Source: Desulfobacterales bacterium
GTDB lineage: Bacteria > Desulfobacterota > Desulfobacteria > Desulfobacterales > UBA2174
Assembly (NCBI GenBank): GCA_963668645.2
Contig: CAXXWC010000003.1
Span: forward strand, 288,001-352,000
Reading direction: 5' to 3'
Length of the DNA: 64,000 nucleotides
The position numbers were made by a program, and so were the translations under genes. Shown piece by piece: positions 57,784 through 64,000 of this stretch. A model generated the notes under the pieces. It searched no databases, was not told the origin of the DNA, and saw only the letters and a program-made list of their open reading frames with translations. Each line of letters starts with the position of its first letter. Position 1 is the stretch's first letter.

Positions 57784-59208
57784 TCAGCGCCGGTCACGCG
57801 GTTGGCCTTCGACGTCTTTCGGATGCTTCGGTTGCAGCGGCAAATCCCATTTTTTCATATATTTCCAGACCGCGGTGCGGCTGATGCCCAGGCGTCGGCC
57901 GGCCTCGGCCTTGTTCCAACCGCATTCATAGAGAAGCTCGAGCAGGCTCTCGCGGGTCAGGTCCCGGCCGGGCCGCCGCCCCGGGGACGGGGCATGAACC
58001 GGCGCCGTGTGCTGGCGCAGCTCCACCGGCAGATCCGGGACCTCGATCTGATCGCCGCGGCAGATCACAAAGGCGTGCTCGACGGCATTTTCCAGTTCGC
58101 GAACGTTTCCCGGCCAGTCATGATCGAGCAGACGGCGCATGGCCGCCTGGCTCACCCCGCGGATCCGCTTGCCGGTCGCATGGTTTTGCCGTTCGATGAA
58201 ATGGCTGATCAACAAGGGGATATCCTCGCGCCGTTCGGCCAGGGGCGGCAGGCGAATAGGAAACACCTTCAACCGGTAGTAGAGGTCCTCGCGAAAAGTC
58301 CCCTGCCGCACCAGGGCATACAGGTCGCGGTGGGTGGCGGCGATCACCCGGATGTCGATCTTGCGCCGCCGCGAATCGCCCACCCGCTCGATCTCCCGCT
58401 CCTGAAGCACCCGCAGCAGCTTGACCTGGATAAAAGGGCTCAGTTCACCGATCTCGTCGAGGAAAATCGTTCCGCCGTCCGCCTCCTCGAACCGCCCCAG
58501 GCGATCGCGGTGCGCCCCGGTAAACGCCCCGCGCACATGGCCGAACAATTCACTTTCCAATAAAGTTTCGGACAGGGCACTGCAGTTGACCGTGACCAGG
58601 GGCCGGTCGGAGACATCACTGTTGAAATGGATCGCAGCGGCCACCATCTCCTTGCCCGTCCCGCTCTCGCCCTGGATCAGAACCGTGGCGCGGCTGGCGG
58701 CCGCAGCCCGGATGGCGTCGAAGACATCCTGCATGCGGCTGCTTTTGCCGATGATGTTGGCAAAGCGGAAACGCTCGCCCAGGCGCCGCGTCGCCTCGTC
58801 GGCCGCCAGACGAGCGCGTTTGAGTTCGGTCAGATCGGTGACCGTCTCCACCGCCCCGATGATTTTGCCCCCTTCGTCGCGCACGGCCCGGGCGTTTTTA
58901 ATCACCGGCACGGTGTGGCCGTCGCGGTGGCGCAGCAGGCACTCATTGTCCTCAGCCCGCCCATGGCTGAGCAGGCCGCAGGCCTCCTGGTCCACCGGGC
59001 AATCGCGGCCGAAGCAGCGGCTGCAGTTCAGGATGCGGCAGGCCCGGCCGAGCGCTTCGGCGGCCGAATAGCCCGAGATCCTTTCCATGGCCGGGTTCCA
59101 GGAGGTAATGCGCCCCTGGGGGTCGAGGGTGAAGACCCCGTCGGCCATGGACTCGATGATCTGGGTCAAGAAGCGGGTATTCCACAGGGCGTGGATCGTT
59201 TCGGACAT
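57784..59208 (-). CDS. PAS-containing sigma54-dependent activator (Cys-rich PAS)
   Basis: CRILNCSRCFGRDC...C in PAS; GESGTGKE, GAFTGA, HTH GISRTAVWKYMK. Confidence 0.93.
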   Translation of the reverse strand: MSETIHALWNTRFLTQIIESMADGVFTLDPQGRITSWNPAMERISGYSAAEALGRACRILNCSRCFGRDCPVDQEACGLLSHGRAEDNECLLRHRDGHTVPVIKNARAVRDEGGKIIGAVETVTDLTELKRARLAADEATRRLGERFRFANIIGKSSRMQDVFDAIRAAAASRATVLIQGESGTGKEMVAAAIHFNSDVSDRPLVTVNCSALSETLLESELFGHVRGAFTGAHRDRLGRFEEADGGTIFLDEIGELSPFIQVKLLRVLQEREIERVGDSRRRKIDIRVIAATHRDLYALVRQGTFREDLYYRLKVFPIRLPPLAERREDIPLLISHFIERQNHATGKRIRGVSQAAMRRLLDHDWPGNVRELENAVEHAFVICRGDQIEVPDLPVELRQHTAPVHAPSPGRRPGRDLTRESLLELLYECGWNKAEAGRRLGISRTAVWKYMKKWDLPLQPKHPKDVEGQPRDRR

Positions 59209-59406
59209 CGCAGCCTCCGGCTTGGGGTGGATCCGCCAAAAAAGGCCCGGCACGCAGAAACGTTACAAGGCGTTACCTGCCCACCATAAGTAACGCAAAA
59301 GGGATCTGTCAACGGATCACTTTTCCCGCACCGGTTTAGCAGCGGGGTCTTGCCGTGGTATATGGCACCAAATTCTGTTATAAAACGGGACGAAAAGGAG
59401 CGACCG

Positions 59407-59658
59407 GTGGACAAAAAGTGGATCGACGGCCCAAAGGAGTATCTCGACTACCGCGAAGATTGTTGAAGCGGATTTCTGGACGTAAGTTTACGTCTGCGCC
59501 AAGCCGGCCCCGGAAGCACCCTTCGCTTTGTCATCACCCCTGCCCAGGAAGGGCGGATGCAAAGAGTCATCGCCCATTGCCACGGCCGGATCGGGGCGCG
59601 GGAAGTACGCCCCGAGGGGATTTTATACACCGTTCACCGCGATCCGGGCAGATCTTGA
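59407..59658 (+). CDS. Probable selenoprotein, TusA/SirA-like (83 aa, Cys19-Sec20)
   Basis: AAGGAG RBS, GTG start, in-frame TGA at 59464-59466, then 63 open codons: MDKKWIDGPKEYLDYREDCUSGFLDVSLRLRQAGPGSTLRFVITPAQEGRMQRVIAHCHGRIGAREVRPEGILYTVHRDPGRS. Confidence 0.72.
59478..59495 (+). promoter_or_regulatory. Candidate bacterial SECIS element
   Basis: Hairpin GGACGTA-AGTT-TACGTCT starting 11 nt after the in-frame UGA, with G in the apical loop. Confidence 0.7.
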
Positions 59659-59869
59659 AAAAAGCACGCCGTACAAGGCGGCATTCTCCTTTTCCGATCC
59701 AATCAATCTTCGTACAACTGAGCGTTAACCGTCATACGGAAAGTAACGTCTTCTTGTTCAGTCGCGCTTGAATTCCCCTTTGGCCCGCTGTTCCATCCAT
59801 CCCAAAATACCACCCAACCTATTGATAAATAGATGTTTATCTATATTTCCCGAAACAGGATCGCCGTCA

Positions 59870-59885
59870 TGGCATCGATAATGCA
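59870..59885 (+). promoter_or_regulatory. sigma54 promoter of the trx-like/trxA/ASKHA operon
   Basis: TGGCAT-CGATA-ATGCA (GG-N10-GC) with AT-rich tract 59815-59850. Confidence 0.7.
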
Positions 59886-59970
59886 AAAAACCTCATTGAG
59901 ATCATCTTCTCACCGAGGCGCCCAGGGGATTGAAAACCCTTGTTTCCGTTATTGAAAGGTAAAAAGTGGA

Positions 59971-60414
59971 ATGTCGCAAGTTCTGCCCATCTTAAAGGGA
60001 GATGCCATCGACCGGATCCTGCAGGGCGCCAACGTGCCGGTGATGTTCGTTTTCGGCGCCCCATGGAGCGCGGCGTGCCGCCGCCAGATGGCTGACGCTC
60101 GGACATTGGCAAACCAGATGGCAGGCCGCGCCGAGGTGTACCTCGTGGATATCGACGCCAGCCGACCGGCTGCCAGCCACTTGGGCATTCACAGCATTCC
60201 CACCGTGATCATCTTTGACAGGGCCGTCGAGCGCGTCCGTTTCATCGGTGTGCAATCGATCCGGACCCTGGCCGCGGCCCTGGGCCAACGGTCCGGCACC
60301 ACCGCTTTTGCGGGTCTTTTGCGCCCAGAACCGGCACCCTGCCCGGCTGAATCCAGGTTCCGTCCCTGTAACCAGACCGGACCTGCGAGGCTCCAAAGAA
60401 AATGCAACATTTGA
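59971..60414 (+). CDS. Atypical thioredoxin (WSAAC motif)
   Basis: F.APWSAAC, VDID, I.SIPT.IIF, F.GVQS. Confidence 0.72.
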   Translation: MSQVLPILKGDAIDRILQGANVPVMFVFGAPWSAACRRQMADARTLANQMAGRAEVYLVDIDASRPAASHLGIHSIPTVIIFDRAVERVRFIGVQSIRTLAAALGQRSGTTAFAGLLRPEPAPCPAESRFRPCNQTGPARLQRKCNI

Positions 60415-60496
60415 CAGGGTTGAGCTGCCCGTGTAGGTATTCCCTCAGTCCGCATGCACCGGGGAGCAGGCCCAAAATCCCAAAGGAGAAAAAGCC

Positions 60497-60859
60497 ATGA
60501 GTGAACATCTGCTGGAAGTAACCGACCAGGATTTCGAAGCCACGGTCCTCAAGGCCGCCGACCCCGTACTGGTGGATTTCTGGGCTCCGTGGTGCGGCCC
60601 TTGCAGGGCACTGGGACCGGTGGTGGACCAGTTGGCTGCAAAGCACGCTGAAAAGGTCAGATTCGCCAAAATGAATATCGACGAGAATCCTGCGACTCCG
60701 GGCCGTTACGGAATCAGGGCCATTCCCACCCTGCTCTTTTTCAAAGGCGGCAGGCTGGTGGACCAGATCACCGGCATGGTTTCCGCGGGCCGTATCGAGG
60801 ATACCATCCGCAAGATCGAGGCCGGCGAACAGATCGCAGCGCCGTTCCAGATGCAATAA
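60497..60859 (+). CDS. trxA: Thioredoxin
   Basis: VLVDFWAPWCGPC, IRAIPTLL.FK.G. Confidence 0.96.
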   Translation: MSEHLLEVTDQDFEATVLKAADPVLVDFWAPWCGPCRALGPVVDQLAAKHAEKVRFAKMNIDENPATPGRYGIRAIPTLLFFKGGRLVDQITGMVSAGRIEDTIRKIEAGEQIAAPFQMQ

Positions 60860-60873
60860 AGGAGACCGCCGTC

Positions 60874-62940
60874 ATGGGTGAATGCCTCTGCCATCCCGAA
60901 AAAGAGACCGCCTACCAGTGCATGAAACACAACGTCTACCTGTGCGACGAATGCCTGAAATGTCAGGACCCGCACATCTACTGCAAGTTCCGCTCGTCCT
61001 GTCCGATCTGGTTTATGGACAAGAAGCGCTTCAAGGACGAGGAGCCCGCCACGGTCGAGGTGACGTTTTTGCCGGAGGAAAAATCGGTCACCGTGCCCAC
61101 GGGCATCACCCTTTTGGAGGCGGCCCTCCAGGCCGATGTATACATAAACGCCTCGTGCAACGGCAAAGGGGCCTGCGGCAAATGCAAGGTGATCGTGGAA
61201 CGCGGCACGGTCCACACCCAGACCACCACCTTGCTCAGTGAGCGTGAAAAGGCGCGCAATTACGTCCTGGCATGCCTTTCCACGGTCACCGAACCGGTGA
61301 CGGTGAGAATTCCCGAAGAGGCCCTGGAGCGCAAGCTCAAGGTCGCCGGGATGGGTGAAGCGGTCACGGACCGGCTTCAGGGCAAGGTGGCCCGGATCAC
61401 CCCGATGATCGAGGAGGTCGCTCTGGAGCTGGCCGAACCGACCCTCGACGATCCGGTCAGCGACCTGGACCGGTTGTACCGCGGCCTGCGCAAGGCCGGA
61501 GTCGACACCGGCCGGATGAGCGTGGGCCTCAAAGTCATGCGCGAGCTGGCGGCGGCCATGCGCGACGAGAACTGGCGGGTGACCGCCTCGATTCTGCACC
61601 GGCGGTACTCGGATCAGCTCGTGGAGGTATCGCCCGGCAACGGCGCCAGCCCCCTGCTCGGTCTGGCCATCGATGTGGGCACGACCACCATCGTGATCTA
61701 TCTGGTGGACATGCAAGACGGCCGCGTTCTGGCGGCCACCAGCGGCCACAACCGCCAGGCCGCCTGCGGCGACGACGTGATCAACCGTATCGTCTGTGCG
61801 GAGAAAGACGGGGTCGCCAAACTCAGCCGCATGGCCCTGGCCACCATCAACGCCCTGATCGGCGAAGCGGTGGACGCGGCCGGTGTAAAGCGCGAAAGAA
61901 TCAAGAACATCGCCATCGCCGGCAACACGACCATGATCCACCTGCTGTTGGGCATCGAGCCGCGCTATATCCGCCGCGAACCCTACCTGCCGACGGTCTC
62001 GGACTTTCCCACCCTCAAGGCCGGTGAAATCGGCCTCAAGGCTGACCCGATGGCCGGCGTCTTCATCCTGCCCGGTCCGGCCAGCTATGTGGGCGGCGAT
62101 ATCGTCAGCGGCATGATCTACACCGGTTTGCACCGGGAGGCGCCCATGACGCTGTTTATCGACATCGGCACCAACGGCGAGATCGTGCTGGGCAACAACG
62201 AATTGCTCATGACGGCCTCGTGCAGCGCCGGACCGGCCTTCGAGGGCGGCGGGGTGCGCTGGGGCATGCGCGCCGAGGAAGGGGCCATCGAGAAGGTCGG
62301 CATTGATCCGGCCACCAAGGTTCCGACCTGGGAAACCATCGGCGGCCTGGCGCCGCGGGGAATCTGCGGCTCGGGGATGATCGACCTGATCAGTGAACTG
62401 CTGATCACCGGCGTGATCGACCCGCGCGGCAAGTTTCAACTCGCCGATGATCATCCTCGCCTCAAGCCCCAGGACGGGGTGCCGGCCTACGTGGTGGCCA
62501 CGGCCGATGAGACGGCCATGGGTGAGGATCTGCTTTTTTCCGAAACCGACATCCACAGCATTATTTTGAGCAAGGCGGCGGTTTACGCCGGCTTCACGAC
62601 CCTGCTCGATCAGGCCGGAATGGACTTTGCCATGGTCGACCGGGTCTGGATCACCGGAGGTTTCGGCCAGTACCTGAACTTCGAGCGGGCCATCAGCATC
62701 GGCCTGTTGCCGGATATCGACCGTGACAAGTTCGCCTATCTGGGCAACTCGTCGGTGGCCGGCGCCTACATGGCGCTGCTTTCGGCCGAACTGCGGGCCG
62801 AGGCCCGCCAGGTCTCCAACTCCATGACCTACATCGACTTTTCCAGCAACAGCCGCTTCATGGACGAGTTCACCTCGGCCCAGTTCCTGCCCCACACCGA
62901 CATGAAGGCCTTTCCCAGCGTCAAGATCGGACGGCCCTGA
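60874..62940 (+). CDS. RACo-like ASKHA ATPase (DUF4445) with [2Fe-2S] domain and N-terminal Cys/His-rich domain
   Basis: CNGKGACGKC..LAC; AIDVGTTT, G.DVI.RI, GNTTM.HL, YVGGD, DIGTNGE, AGPAFEG, GICGSG. Confidence 0.9.
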   Translation: MGECLCHPEKETAYQCMKHNVYLCDECLKCQDPHIYCKFRSSCPIWFMDKKRFKDEEPATVEVTFLPEEKSVTVPTGITLLEAALQADVYINASCNGKGACGKCKVIVERGTVHTQTTTLLSEREKARNYVLACLSTVTEPVTVRIPEEALERKLKVAGMGEAVTDRLQGKVARITPMIEEVALELAEPTLDDPVSDLDRLYRGLRKAGVDTGRMSVGLKVMRELAAAMRDENWRVTASILHRRYSDQLVEVSPGNGASPLLGLAIDVGTTTIVIYLVDMQDGRVLAATSGHNRQAACGDDVINRIVCAEKDGVAKLSRMALATINALIGEAVDAAGVKRERIKNIAIAGNTTMIHLLLGIEPRYIRREPYLPTVSDFPTLKAGEIGLKADPMAGVFILPGPASYVGGDIVSGMIYTGLHREAPMTLFIDIGTNGEIVLGNNELLMTASCSAGPAFEGGGVRWGMRAEEGAIEKVGIDPATKVPTWETIGGLAPRGICGSGMIDLISELLITGVIDPRGKFQLADDHPRLKPQDGVPAYVVATADETAMGEDLLFSETDIHSIILSKAAVYAGFTTLLDQAGMDFAMVDRVWITGGFGQYLNFERAISIGLLPDIDRDKFAYLGNSSVAGAYMALLSAELRAEARQVSNSMTYIDFSSNSRFMDEFTSAQFLPHTDMKAFPSVKIGRP

Positions 62941-62966
62941 TGAAAACCGATTCCCGCCAAGCGATT

Positions 62967-63001
62967 CAGGAAGGCCGGCGCCGTGCGCGCCGGCTTTCCT
63001 G
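62967..63001 (+). terminator. Stem-loop after the ASKHA gene
   Basis: caggaaggccggcgc / gcgccggctttcctg (one G-U pair); no clear U-tract. Confidence 0.5.
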
Positions 63002-63272
63002 GTGGCGGCGCCTGCTGGCCTGGATCTCACGGGCAACGGCCGCTTCCGGGAGTGCTCGTTCCCAATGTCCCACCTGACGCATCAAGCATTGAGGCGGCAG
63101 GGTGCCGCCCGAAAAGAGCAGGCCGCAACCAATGTAACGCTACCTTTCGAAGCAGTAACGCATCACCCTTACCCGCCGTGCGCCCTTGCCGGCAATCCAC
63201 CATGCCCCTGAAATCTGCCATTTGCTGACGGAAACGCGTTGGCACGCCCGGCACCGGCCCCCATTACCTCCT

Positions 63273-63288
63273 TGGCACGGATCTTGTT
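63273..63288 (+). promoter_or_regulatory. sigma54-like promoter of the transporter gene
   Basis: TGGCAC-GGATC-TTGTT (-12 is GT rather than GC). Confidence 0.6.
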
Positions 63289-63363
63289 AATCAATCCTGT
63301 CCAAAGACCATTTCAAAGAACTGGTGCACCGAATCGCTCAGACCCCTAACAAGGAGGGCCCCG

Positions 63364-64000
63364 ATGATGTTTCGAATCCTTTCGCTGCTGCAAAAAAATC
63401 TCGTTTGGGCCATACCCGCCGCCATGGTGGTGGGGCTGGCCTACGGCAACTTCTTCGATGCTCGTCCGCTCAAGGGCTGGATCATCCCGGTGACTTTCGT
63501 CATGGTTTACCCGATGATGGTATCCTTGAAGTTCAAGGCGATGTTCAAAGGCGGCGATGGCCGGCTTCAAGCGGCCACCCAGGCCATCAACTTCGTGCTG
63601 GTCCCGATCCTGGCCTTTTTCGTCGGCAAGCTTTTTCTCGGCGGCGGAGAAGAAAAGTACGCCCTGTGGGCGGTGGGCCTGTTTCTCATCGGCGTTCTGC
63701 CCACCTCGGGAATGACGATTTCATGGACCGGTTTTGCCCGCGGCAACAAGGAAGCGGCCATCAAGATGGTGGTTTTCGGTCTGGTCCTCGGCAGCCTGGC
63801 GGCTCCGCTGTATACCAAGGTCTTTATGGGGGCCACGGTGCAGGTCGACGTGCTCCATATGTTCCGGCAGATCGCGCTGTTTGTTTTCGTGCCGTTCTTT
63901 GCCGGCCTGGCCACCCAGGCGCTCGGACGCCGGCGTTGGGGAAACGAGGTTTGGAGCACCCGGATTCAGCCAAAATTCCCGCCCTTTTCGGCCCTTGGCG
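63364..64000 (+). CDS. ACR3/bile acid:sodium symporter (SBF) family transporter, truncated by window end
   Basis: Not in ORF track; AGGAGG RBS, MMFRILSLLQKNLVWAIP...MVYPMMV...INF.L.P...LPTSGMTISWTGFARGN. Confidence 0.85.
   Translation, partial: MMFRILSLLQKNLVWAIPAAMVVGLAYGNFFDARPLKGWIIPVTFVMVYPMMVSLKFKAMFKGGDGRLQAATQAINFVLVPILAFFVGKLFLGGGEEKYALWAVGLFLIGVLPTSGMTISWTGFARGNKEAAIKMVVFGLVLGSLAAPLYTKVFMGATVQVDVLHMFRQIALFVFVPFFAGLATQALGRRRWGNEVWSTRIQPKFPPFSALG

Noticed and set aside
59363..59379. TGGCAC upstream of the selenoprotein ORF as a sigma54 promoter
   Set aside because: No GC at the -12 position and spacing off by one; an extended -10 (TGtTATAAA) is an equally plausible reading.
59355..59771. 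138-aa plus-strand ORF and 59528-59728 ORF from the track
   Set aside because: No recognisable motifs; the region is better explained by the UGA-readthrough ORF at 59407-59658.

Overview
GC-rich anaerobe chromosome segment; the gene content suggests a Desulfobacterales-type deltaproteobacterium (inference). Positions 1-29 kb are mostly housekeeping: a partial dynamin-like GTPase, algH/yqgE, dnaE, guaB, a Sua5/YciO protein, sppA-rpsA-cmk, a Vor-type 2-oxoacid:ferredoxin oxidoreductase operon, namZ, plsB, a MurU-AmgK fusion, dapB, serC and hisD. This part also holds an RNase H with all catalytic carboxylates substituted and a MamI-like membrane protein. Positions 29-52 kb form a sigma54-controlled redox island: hdrL(hdrA)-mvhD-fdhB-like-hdrA-hdrC-hdrB surrounded by four histidine kinases, two sigma54 activators, a pseudo-receiver, an archaemetzincin and a Cys-rich GcvH-like protein. 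The second HdrA carries an intact phosphorylatable receiver domain inserted inside the enzyme. Positions 52-64 kb contain pepA, yhhN, a protein resembling plant Whirly ssDNA-binding proteins, a NuoF/GltD-like flavoprotein and a sigma54 module (thioredoxins, RACo-like ASKHA ATPase, ACR3/SBF transporter). That module is preceded by a small TusA-like ORF with an in-frame UGA and a SECIS-like hairpin, a probable selenoprotein missed by the ORF track. No rRNA, tRNA, CRISPR array or transposase was seen. All family assignments are from motif recognition, not database searches.
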